Part shown: piece by piece, positions 10,701 through 17,247 of the stretch
Position numbering within the stretch: the first letter of the stretch is position 1
How the letters are laid out: each line of letters opens with the position of its first letter
Virus record (IMG/VR): IMGVR_UViG_3300044209_000031
Span: 1 to 27,047 of that record
Source: a virus
Taxonomy: Duplodnaviria; Caudoviricetes
Reading direction: 5' to 3' (one strand)
DNA length: 27,047 nucleotides
The notes under the pieces: model-generated
What the model saw: the letters and a program-made list of their open reading frames with translations, nothing else
What the model was told of the DNA's origin: nothing
Database searches by the model: none
Made by a program: the position numbers and the translations under genes

Positions 10701-10917
10701 CCGCTGCAGATCCTGCGGCACCCAGCTGTGCTGTGGTCTTCTGGCTCTGGCTACCTGCACTGTCCAGCTTGCCAGACAAGCCATCCAGGCCGGCATTGGC
10801 ATCATTCGCATCCCGCCCAAGCCCCTGCAGATCATCCCCCACAGCAGCAATCTGCTGGCGGGCCTGCTCCAGGTCAGCCTTGATGCGTAGCGCCAGATTG
10901 AGGTCGGTGGTGGACAT
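7750..10917 (-). CDS. Tail tape measure protein, ~1055 aa
   Basis: Long Ala/Gln-rich helical ORF with tape-measure segment TPYSLDQSVAGFTKL...TGEFERLKEFGI and C-terminal FADGGHVTGPGTATSDSIPAWLSNGEFV. ATG 10917 preferred; GTG 10926 is the alternative. Confidence 0.92.
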   Translation of the reverse strand: MSTTDLNLALRIKADLEQARQQIAAVGDDLQGLGRDANDANAGLDGLSGKLDSAGSQSQKTTAQLGAAGSAAGKTGSAAAAAAAKVGIYTDAAGRLREANGQFVTSARKAELGLDDLGDAAEDAGKKTATVGSGAVAAESGLSKLLPKLITAGSAMAALTKAVAVQRQFDTLNAGLITATGSTEKAAEAFDILQAFAATTPYSLDQSVAGFTKLVNLGLTPSEDALRSYGNTSAALGKDLEQMIEAVADAATGEFERLKEFGIKASAEGDKVRFTFQGTTTEVGNSAAEIEQYLIGIGNVNFAGAMEQRMNSLDGAISNLGDSWDQLFLNVNQAGLGELMRESVMLAVGALDELNAMVASGELEGYLDAIGMKFDGFAQDAAESIEFLTRFYSENFEQLHGDGEEAVDFLIEAFARFPENVRAFIQTMVVEVASGLDKASSYAAAFRDGIKAVFTDDTLEGVGARLEQELAGINDARGASIGAILAEREAASAAAAERTEQARQARADYEAERKAASEATGDRLAQFKLATSATNESTEANKKAVDAAQKLLDQQTTYVQGLERQAAQQGMTSAEVRRHELAERNLTGALAERANAALAALEATERQQQAEANAARNVQLQADLLRAGGNGQGADLLELQTRFDQMRAEFAEAGNAAGLQLLDQLLPVEQAAIRVSAIKQQIDDLLAEQQRQEQSVNVQQDAGLLTELDARRQILDIHKQTAAELEKMRPLLAEMARQPGAVGQSARAALQGLDNQAVRLRATTSLLAETLRTGIEQGLARALQGLADGTMTVRDAVRSLAQSVLQSMAQLAAQQLAQQATQGFAGMFSGITQAAPQAVQAITTVQTAQQAATTAMTASSAAAATTTAATQAGAAATTAASWTPAAIAASIGSFGGAAAIGLAAVMAALAFQAFADGGHVTGPGTATSDSIPAWLSNGEFVSRAAVVAQPGALGFLHDFNARGMSALDDWAGAVRHSTGGLAGIPAPAMPGPGRVAGRLAEPAKAFSTTVQNRQTFNLIDSPERIASALNTPAGHEAITVMLSNDPAKFRSILGV

Positions 10918-10946
10918 GGTGAGCACAGGTCGGTGGATTCACCCGC

Positions 10947-10990
10947 ATGCTCGCTGATGCTGGGTCGCCTGTGATTTTTCCGGCGCAACA
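10947..10990 (-). promoter_or_regulatory. Putative activator-dependent late promoter upstream of tape measure gene
   Basis: Minus strand GCGCCGGAAAAA box followed 25 nt later by GAGCAT. The spacing is identical to the sites at 16391-16435 and 23675-23720. Confidence 0.5.
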
Positions 10991-11013
10991 AAAAGCCCCG
11001 CAGGGCGGGGCTT
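10987..11013 (-). terminator. Rho-independent terminator after tail chaperone genes
   Basis: Minus strand AAGCCCCGC-CCT-GCGGGGCTT-TTTGTT: GC-rich stem plus U-tract, 4 nt after the stop at 11017. Confidence 0.85.
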
Positions 11014-11016
11014 CGG

Positions 11017-11286
11017 TCATGGCTTGAGGAGCTGTCTGTGGTGAGCCTGCGCATCATCGCCGCAGGCCATCGCGTGGCTGATGTCGACCATCATCGCCGC
11101 ACGCGCCTGGCGATTCAGACGATGCTCGGCTTCCCAGAACAACATCAGCTGGCGGCGGGTCAGGCGGCCGAGATCTCGGTGGTTTCCGTATCCGGCGCGG
11201 ATGAGGGTTGCGAAGACATCGGACCAGCGGACTTCTTGGCGGCCAGCAGCGCGGCCTGGCTGCGACTCACGGCACAGCGTACGTAG
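11017..11286 (-). CDS. Tail assembly chaperone frameshift extension (GT-like, -1 frame)
   Basis: Open -1 frame overlapping the chaperone 3' end (…RWSDVFATLIRAGY…LTRRQLMLF…). It is entered at slippery heptamer C CCT TTC (11286-11292). Confidence 0.7.
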   Translation of the reverse strand, partial: LRTLCRESQPGRAAGRQEVRWSDVFATLIRAGYGNHRDLGRLTRRQLMLFWEAEHRLNRQARAAMMVDISHAMACGDDAQAHHRQLLKP

Positions 11287-11651
11287 AAAGGGCCGTTCAC
11301 GCTCCACCACCACATCAGCAGGTCGTAACCTTCTGCCTGCGTCAGACCGGCGACAAACTCGGGCGGCATGTCGATGGAGATGGCAGCCAGGTCGCGCACC
11401 AGGAAGGCATGCCGGCCGAGCAGGCCATGCACCTGCTCGATGGTGATCGCGGTCGAGCTTTCCAGGCAGACACGCAGATCAGCAATCAGCGGCTCAACCC
11501 GGGCGATCAGCTCCAGGCCTTCAACGAAACCGTACTCACGCACTGTGTAACTCTTGCCGCGCAGCTTCACTGTGCGATCAGGATGCAGGATGACGAGATC
11601 ATCAGCACCCGGCTCGGCCGGATCATCCGACTTCTTCTTCAGCTCTGCCAT
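11160..11651 (-). CDS. Tail assembly chaperone (G-like), 163 aa
   Basis: Lies between the tail tube and TMP genes. Motifs DDLVILHPDR, VREYGFVEGL and WWWSVNGPF. Confidence 0.8.
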   Translation of the reverse strand: MAELKKKSDDPAEPGADDLVILHPDRTVKLRGKSYTVREYGFVEGLELIARVEPLIADLRVCLESSTAITIEQVHGLLGRHAFLVRDLAAISIDMPPEFVAGLTQAEGYDLLMWWWSVNGPFYVRCAVSRSQAALLAAKKSAGPMSSQPSSAPDTETTEISAA

Positions 11652-11653
11652 GA

Positions 11654-12412
11654 TCAGCCCTCAGCCGGTGGCAGCTGCACGCCAGCGAAGCCGCCAAGGT
11701 TGGCATCGGCCGCGTTCAGCACGTCGTACAGCAGGCTGCCCTTGAGCTTGATGCTGGACAGACCGTTGTTGATGAGGTCCAGGCCAGTGACCGGATCGAA
11801 CTGCATCTTGTACAGGCGCACGCGGACGCGCTCATTGTCCACGGTATTGATGCCGTCCAGGATGCCGTACTTGGTCACGGCCGGTACGTTGAAGCAGGCC
11901 AGGTTGATGTAGGCACCATGGGCATACGCGGCACTGAACGGCTGAGTCAGGCCAGCAACATCCAGGAACTCCAGGCTGCCACCTGCGGCCGAGTCGATGC
12001 GGTAGTGCTGACCTTCCTCCAAGGTGGCCGGGATGGCTGCATTATCAGTCAGCACCAGGGAGCTGATACGCGGGTGCTCCAGGCTGACCCAGTCGCCGGC
12101 AAGAATGCCGCTGGGCAGCAACTCACCGGTAACGGTTCCGGCCGCGACATCGTTCTGACTGGCCTGCAGCGCCAGCGCAAAGTTGGCTGCACTGCCGGCG
12201 TTCAGCTCAATCTCGAAGTCGGCTTCCTTGGCCTTCTGCAGCACCACGGTGGTCAGCTTCTGGCCGGTATAGCTTTCCTGGCGCTTCTCGCTGTCCTGCT
12301 TCAGGTTGACCTTCAGGCCAGCGGCGTCATCGACCCAGCGGCCACGGCCAGGCTTGCCCGAAGCCTGGCGGTCGTACAGACCGAATTTGCCCTGGAAGGA
12401 AAAGTCTTTCAT
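11654..12412 (-). CDS. Major tail (tube) protein, 252 aa
   Basis: FSFQGK N-terminus, ESYTGQK and GINTVD..RVRVRLYK motifs. No sheath gene is present, so the tail is non-contractile. Confidence 0.85.
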   Translation of the reverse strand: MKDFSFQGKFGLYDRQASGKPGRGRWVDDAAGLKVNLKQDSEKRQESYTGQKLTTVVLQKAKEADFEIELNAGSAANFALALQASQNDVAAGTVTGELLPSGILAGDWVSLEHPRISSLVLTDNAAIPATLEEGQHYRIDSAAGGSLEFLDVAGLTQPFSAAYAHGAYINLACFNVPAVTKYGILDGINTVDNERVRVRLYKMQFDPVTGLDLINNGLSSIKLKGSLLYDVLNAADANLGGFAGVQLPPAEG

Positions 12413-12576
12413 TGTCCGGCCTCCTCAGCCACTACCTCGGCCTTGCGCAGGAATGCCAGCTCGATGGCATTCACCTGGATCTTGTCACCCGGCTTGTACT
12501 GCTTGCCCTTGTGGGTGTGCGGCTTGGCCAGTTTGACCTCGATCAGAGGGCTGGCCTGGTCTTTCTTCTGGGTCAT
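12409..12576 (-). CDS. Small conserved phage protein, 55 aa
   Basis: Translated by hand: MTQKKDQASPLIEVKLAKPHTHKGKQYKPGDKIQVNAIELAFLRKAEVVAEEAGQ. ATGA overlaps with both neighbours. Confidence 0.75.
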   Translation of the reverse strand: MTQKKDQASPLIEVKLAKPHTHKGKQYKPGDKIQVNAIELAFLRKAEVVAEEAGQ

Positions 12577-13016
12577 GGGGTTCCCCCGGTAATGAAATGC
12601 TCAGTGGCAAACACATCGCACCACAGCAGCGTGGTGGCGTCGTAGTCCAGGACATCGCCCTGCTGCCATCGGCAGGGCTTGCCGCCCTGTACAGGCGGTA
12701 TCCAGTTGATGATCTGCTGGCGGATCTCGCCGATCAGTGGCGAGGCATCATCCATAGCCGCCTCGCCGCGCATGTCGCGGTAGCTGCGCACTGCCAGCAC
12801 CACGCCGAAGGTGGCCGTGGTCTGCTGGGTGCCTGCCCGCCCCATGTCACCCGCTGGCCGTTCATTGGCCAGCAGCACATAGGCACAGGGGGTGCGGAAG
12901 TCGGCCAGCGACTTCACGGCAGCGTAGGCAGATGCCCCATCAACGTGCTGCAGTGCCGGAACCCTGGCACGCAGGCGTTCGATCACCAGCTGCACATCGA
13001 ACGGCGCGCTGCTCAC
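12573..13016 (-). CDS. Tail terminator / Mu gp37-like protein, 147 aa
   Basis: Position after gp36-like gene. TP.AYVL and FGVVLAVR motifs. Confidence 0.75.
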   Translation of the reverse strand: MSSAPFDVQLVIERLRARVPALQHVDGASAYAAVKSLADFRTPCAYVLLANERPAGDMGRAGTQQTTATFGVVLAVRSYRDMRGEAAMDDASPLIGEIRQQIINWIPPVQGGKPCRWQQGDVLDYDATTLLWCDVFATEHFITGGTP

Positions 13017-13531
13017 CGGAAGCCCCTGAGCTGCCGGCGGTCAAATACCGGGGCATCCGACATCACCTGGATCTCGACTGCTTGCGGATTGCCCTTCAGT
13101 GGGTCAGTAGCCCCCAGGCTGAAGCGGCCATTGGCCAGCTCGGTCAGCAGGCGCAGGGCATCGCGGTACGCGCGGGCAATCGGGTCCGTGTCTTCCAGTG
13201 CCCGGCGATCCTTGTGCAGCATGTAGCGGCTGATGTCGCGGGCCCAGCCAGACACCAGCGCCGGTACCGGCGACAGCGGCAGGCTGTAACCACGCTGCAT
13301 CAGGTAGCCATCAATCAGGCTTTCGGCCTGGTCGACGGCACTGGTGATGCACTGCAGCGCATCATCTGCCGCCTGCACCTCGGCTGCCGTCCAGCTGCTG
13401 CGATCCTCAGCCCGCAGGGTGGCATCCATCAGCTCAGCAGGCACCACACGCAGGTGAGACGGCGTGGCCACCTGGGCCAGCTCCAGCACACCAGGGCGAT
13501 CAGCCAGGGCAGCGGCAGTGATGTAGCGCAT
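13013..13531 (-). CDS. Head-tail adaptor, Mu gp36/J-like (DUF1320), 172 aa
   Basis: Motifs AESLIDGYL..RGYSLPL, DISRYMLH and YRDALRLL...ANGRFSLG. Confidence 0.85.
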   Translation of the reverse strand: MRYITAAALADRPGVLELAQVATPSHLRVVPAELMDATLRAEDRSSWTAAEVQAADDALQCITSAVDQAESLIDGYLMQRGYSLPLSPVPALVSGWARDISRYMLHKDRRALEDTDPIARAYRDALRLLTELANGRFSLGATDPLKGNPQAVEIQVMSDAPVFDRRQLRGFR

Positions 13532-13534
13532 GGC

Positions 13535-13960
13535 TTACTCCTTCGGCACCTTCACCGTGCAGTGCTCGACCGCCAGCATCGGTTCGCTGGTGATGGCCTG
13601 GTACTGCTCATCGGTCAGATTGCGCAGCAGCAGGCCATGGCCGGCACGGGTGAAGCGGTAGCCGGCACGGCGGAAGGATGGTGGCAGCGAGCGGACGAAG
13701 ATCGCTTCGACTTCTTCCTGCGCGCGCATCCACTCCAGCGCCTGCGAGGGCTCCTCAGCCGGCTGGCCAGCGTCTTCCTGGGCAGCGCCATCGCCTGCGG
13801 TTTCATCACCAGCCGGCGCGGCCACTTCTTCGGTCGGTGCGGGGGGGGCAGCTGGTGCATCGGCACCGGTGGCCGCCACATCAGCCACAGCAGCAGTCTG
13901 ATCCACAGCATCCGGCTCACCTTCGCCAGCCTTGCGCTGGCGGCGTTTGGCTTCAGTCAT
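13535..13960 (-). CDS. Mu gp35/HI1506-like protein, 141 aa
   Basis: Acidic low-complexity N-terminus. C-terminal FRRAGYRFT...LTDEQYQAITSEPML.V domain. Follows the capsid gene. Confidence 0.75.
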   Translation of the reverse strand: MTEAKRRQRKAGEGEPDAVDQTAAVADVAATGADAPAAPPAPTEEVAAPAGDETAGDGAAQEDAGQPAEEPSQALEWMRAQEEVEAIFVRSLPPSFRRAGYRFTRAGHGLLLRNLTDEQYQAITSEPMLAVEHCTVKVPKE

Positions 13961-13971
13961 GGGTCACTCCT

Positions 13972-14868
13972 TCAGGACAGCAGCGAGGTCACCAGTACCT
14001 CGACCGCCTGGAAGTTGGTGTTGGAAGCACCGTTGGCCTTCTGCTGCGCCTCGATCAGCGACTTGGCAGCAGCACGCAGAGTCGGCGGTACCACCAGCAG
14101 CTTCGGCTCGATCTTCATCGAACGGCCGTTGTCGCCCTTCACGTTGAGCATCTGGGCAAAGGCATCGTCGAAGCTGGCTTCGTCCAGAGTTTCGCGGCTG
14201 GCAAAGGCGGTCTGCCACAGGCCGAAGCCGACGTTGGAGCGGCCATCAGCGCCGTAGATGAACTGCTTCTGCATGAAGACGTTGTCGTCGGTCTCCTGGT
14301 CCTTGGAGATGAACTGGTACTTCTTGCGGGTCTGCAGGATCAGCGGCTTGAGTACGCGACTGGTATCGAGCAGGAACCACGGGGTACCGGTACCGCCCTG
14401 GAAGTTGCTGACACTGACTTCGCCGGCACCGGGTACGCGCACCGGGTGATCGGTATCGAAGAAGTTCTGGCCGTCGTAGCACTGGGTGGTGAAGCCAGCA
14501 GCCAGCAGATCGAACACCAGCTGATCCGGATGGTCGGCAGCGTCCTCGCCCAGCTGCTGCATCGGGATGTTGAACATGCCGTACTGGTCGTCCTCGATGC
14601 TGTCGCGGTCGACCACTACGGTGTTCTCGAACGGCTTGTTCTTGATGCGATATTCATGGGCCATCAGCGACTGCAGTACGCGGTCACCGACCCACTCGCG
14701 GAAGGCGGTGTTCTTGCCCAGCCACGGGTACATCTCTTCCGCAGTGGTGCTGGTGGCCTCGGTGGCGATCTTCTTCCAGACCGGGGTGCCACGGCTCTGC
14801 ATGCCCTGCTGGAACTGGGCCTTGTAGCCGATGAACAGGGCGTTCAGGTTGGCTTTATTGACGATCAT
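13972..14868 (-). CDS. Major capsid protein (Mu gpT-like), 298 aa
   Basis: Start refined to MIVNKANL (ATG 14868, RBS GAGGAG). Motifs YPWLG, REWVGDR, CYDGQNFFDTDHPV, KPLILQTRK and GFGLWQTAF. Confidence 0.93.
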   Translation of the reverse strand: MIVNKANLNALFIGYKAQFQQGMQSRGTPVWKKIATEATSTTAEEMYPWLGKNTAFREWVGDRVLQSLMAHEYRIKNKPFENTVVVDRDSIEDDQYGMFNIPMQQLGEDAADHPDQLVFDLLAAGFTTQCYDGQNFFDTDHPVRVPGAGEVSVSNFQGGTGTPWFLLDTSRVLKPLILQTRKKYQFISKDQETDDNVFMQKQFIYGADGRSNVGFGLWQTAFASRETLDEASFDDAFAQMLNVKGDNGRSMKIEPKLLVVPPTLRAAAKSLIEAQQKANGASNTNFQAVEVLVTSLLS

Positions 14869-14882
14869 GCGGGGCTCCTCGA

Positions 14883-15287
14883 TCAGATCTCGATCCACAC
14901 GCCCTGGCTGTCGACATCACGAATGATGCCGGCCGGGCTGCGGGTGTTGGTGCCGTTGGTGGCTGCCACGGTGTGGTCATCCACGATCCAGGCCTGGCTG
15001 CCGATGTCTGCACGGGTCACCTGATCGGCACCTGCGCTGTTGTCGAAGCAGAACACGCCGCGCACCACGCGCACGCGCACGGCACCGGCCACGCCGGCAC
15101 TGTTGTCGACGTGTTCCTCGGCCATGCCACGGGCGGTCAGGTCGGTGGCGGTGACACCGGGTACGGCATTGCCGCTGGCATCCAGGCAGACCAGGCTGCC
15201 GGCGAAGATGACGGCGCCGGCAGCGACCGGATCGCCAAAGTTCTTGCCAGTACGCTGGCTGGTCAGACGGTCTTGAGTGAGCGGCAT
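14883..15287 (-). CDS. Capsid decoration/cement-like protein, 134 aa
   Basis: Lies between the protease and capsid genes. Gly/Ala/Val-rich with ADIG..AWIVDDHTVA...AG.I..V...GVW motif. Confidence 0.75.
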   Translation of the reverse strand: MPLTQDRLTSQRTGKNFGDPVAAGAVIFAGSLVCLDASGNAVPGVTATDLTARGMAEEHVDNSAGVAGAVRVRVVRGVFCFDNSAGADQVTRADIGSQAWIVDDHTVAATNGTNTRSPAGIIRDVDSQGVWIEI

Positions 15288-15289
15288 GA

Positions 15290-16384
15290 TCAGGACTCCT
15301 TGGCGGCCTTGAACTGTTCAGGGGTCAGGCCCATGCGGCTGCACACGGCCATTTCTTCGGCAGACAGGGCACCCTCGCCACCACCGGCAGGCGGCTGGCC
15401 ACCGGTCTGGGTCTTGGTGAGGGCTGCGATGGGCGCGGCCTGCTCCAGGTACTTGCTCAGGGCGGCCATGTCGCTCTTGGCGAGGTCACGGGCCCAGCCT
15501 TCCATGGCAGGCAGGATGCGGCCATCGGCCAGGCCATCCTGAATCAGGCGCTCAGCGGCATCGCCGTCAACACGGGCGGTCAGCGCAGCCAGCTGGTTCT
15601 GCACAGAGGTGAAGGCCTCTACAGGCACGAACTTCGCCGGGTCCGGCTTGGCTGCGGCCTTCAGACCGGTACAGGCGGCCAGCATCGCCGAATGCTTGCT
15701 GCCCGCTGCAATGCCGAGCTGGGCGCACAGGGCCGCCTGCTCGCCAGTCATGGACTTGAGCGCCGCAATGGCTTCTTCTTCGGTTGCCGTCTCGGCCAGC
15801 CCCAGGGCGGCGATCACGGCCTTCAGCAGTTCATTCACGATGGGTTCCTCGGTGGTGGGCAACCCGAAGGTGGCGGCGGCCTGCAGGGCGAGCGCCTGCA
15901 TGCCGTCGATAGCCGGGTTGTTGGTGATGGCCCCCATCAGCATGTCCAGCACGTCGCCAGTGACGGGATCGAACATGAACACGGGGGAGAAATAGCGGTA
16001 CTCACCTGCAGTGAGCAGGTCAGCAGCACGGGCAGTCAGCTCGACCTGGATGAACAGCCCCTCGCCAGCGCGGTACTCGATGTCGCGCATCCAGCCGGCG
16101 GCCGGTGCTGGCTGGCCGTTCTGCTCCTTGTGCAGGGTCTGGTGCTCGTAATCGACCACGGGCGGAGTGCGCCGGGCACGGAAGCGCTCAATGACCTTGC
16201 TGGCCACTGCCTGATCGATGCGCCAGGCTGCCACGGGCATCTCACGGCCATCGGCCGGGCGGAACAGGCCATCCGGAGTGGCCTGCAGCCACAGCGTGCG
16301 GTCAGCGGCAGGTGCAGCCAGCTGGAAGTGGCAGGCTGCCAGTGCCAGGGCGCTTCGAGTCGGAGTAGGTTTCTTGGTTTTCAT
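15290..16384 (-). CDS. Prohead protease (Mu gpI-like) with internal scaffold (gpZ) start, 364 aa
   Basis: Motifs DYEHQTL, PAPAAGW, YRYFSPVF and AITNNPAIDGM. An in-frame GTG at 15838 is preceded by GAGGA. Confidence 0.92.
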   Translation of the reverse strand: MKTKKPTPTRSALALAACHFQLAAPAADRTLWLQATPDGLFRPADGREMPVAAWRIDQAVASKVIERFRARRTPPVVDYEHQTLHKEQNGQPAPAAGWMRDIEYRAGEGLFIQVELTARAADLLTAGEYRYFSPVFMFDPVTGDVLDMLMGAITNNPAIDGMQALALQAAATFGLPTTEEPIVNELLKAVIAALGLAETATEEEAIAALKSMTGEQAALCAQLGIAAGSKHSAMLAACTGLKAAAKPDPAKFVPVEAFTSVQNQLAALTARVDGDAAERLIQDGLADGRILPAMEGWARDLAKSDMAALSKYLEQAAPIAALTKTQTGGQPPAGGGEGALSAEEMAVCSRMGLTPEQFKAAKES

Positions 16385-16390
16385 GCCGAC

Positions 16391-16435
16391 AGACTGCCGG
16401 CACGGGGCGGATGGGTCTTTTTTCCAGCACCAAAA
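16391..16435 (-). promoter_or_regulatory. Putative late promoter upstream of protease gene
   Basis: Plus strand GCGGATGGGTCTTTTTTCCAGCACCAAAAT closely matches GCGGATAGGTAATTTTTCCAACGCTAAAAC at 23691-23720. Candidate -10 CAGTCT. Confidence 0.65.
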
Positions 16436-16498
16436 TCGTCTTGCAGGGGGCTGAGTGCTGTATGCACTTCCAGTGCTGCCATCCAGCCCCGACGTAAA

Positions 16499-16512
16499 CG
16501 GTTTATAAACCG
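16499..16512. repeat. 14-bp perfect palindrome CGGTTTATAAACCG in G-I intergenic region
   Basis: Read directly: an AT-rich dyad in a GC-rich context. Confidence 0.8.
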
Positions 16513-16582
16513 CGCTGCGGGGCTTTCGGCGATAACGGCAACACTCGGGCGGGTTCGGCGGCCAGCGGCCTCTGAGCGCGCC

Positions 16583-17143
16583 TCAGGAGCCCGGCAGCAG
16601 GTAGCCCTTGGCGATCTCCACCAGCTCGGCATTGTCTGCCGCACTGGTACCGAGGAACGGGCGGGCCGGAATGCGGATGCTGTAAGCCCCAATGGTCACC
16701 CACTGGGCAAAGTTGCTGGCCTTGCGCTTGACGAAGCGATTGCCGACTTCGCCGGAGCGGGTGTCCTGCCTGAAGAACACCTGCTGGCTGCGGGATGCCA
16801 CCTGGATCTCGCCGCCGAGCTGGTGAATGGCGGCATAGGGCCGGTTGCTACCGAACAGCAGCTCACCGGAGCGCACCTGGTAACGCAGGGTGTTGGCCAG
16901 ATGGCCATCCAGCCGCATGATCTTGTCCTGGTTCTTCTTCTTGCGGCGCTGGTAGGCCGGCGACAGCGCCTGCCAGGGTGTGCCGTCCGGCGCGGTCTGG
17001 CTCTTGAAGCGGCCGTCATGGGCGATCAGCAGGTACTCGCCCATGTCGCGCAGCATGGGCTCAGGGTTTCCGGTGGCATCGGCCACCTGCTGGATGTAGG
17101 CCAGCGCGGCGGCGTTGTCGAATTCGAGGGTTACGCCGGACAT
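16583..17143 (-). CDS. Virion morphogenesis protein (Mu gpG / tail completion S-like), 186 aa
   Basis: Motifs RFKSQTAPDGTPWQALSP, GSNRPYAAIHQLGG and IPARPFLG. Confidence 0.9.
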   Translation of the reverse strand: MSGVTLEFDNAAALAYIQQVADATGNPEPMLRDMGEYLLIAHDGRFKSQTAPDGTPWQALSPAYQRRKKKNQDKIMRLDGHLANTLRYQVRSGELLFGSNRPYAAIHQLGGEIQVASRSQQVFFRQDTRSGEVGNRFVKRKASNFAQWVTIGAYSIRIPARPFLGTSAADNAELVEIAKGYLLPGS

Positions 17144-17152
17144 CGAGTCACC

Positions 17153-17247
17153 TATACTTCAATCGCTCAGTAGCATGTGCTGCCCCCGGCAAATTGGGTC
17201 GCCAAGTGCGCTGGGTTCTCCATGTGAGCCGGCACATGGAGTCTATT
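17153..17247 (+). ncRNA. Candidate small structured RNA convergent on the MuF-PBECR2 gene (with -10 TATACT and terminal hairpin)
   Basis: TATACT at 17153-17158, a multi-stem region at 17166-17215, and a 9-bp hairpin CTCCATGTG/CACATGGAG at 17218-17241 followed by TCTATT. Expression is not demonstrated. Confidence 0.35.

Noticed and set aside
16381-16692. 103-aa ORF spanning the G-I interval as a possible anti-CRISPR
   Set aside because: It overlaps gene G, has no clear RBS, is Arg/Ala/Pro-rich, runs over the late promoter, and has no aca-like HTH gene nearby.
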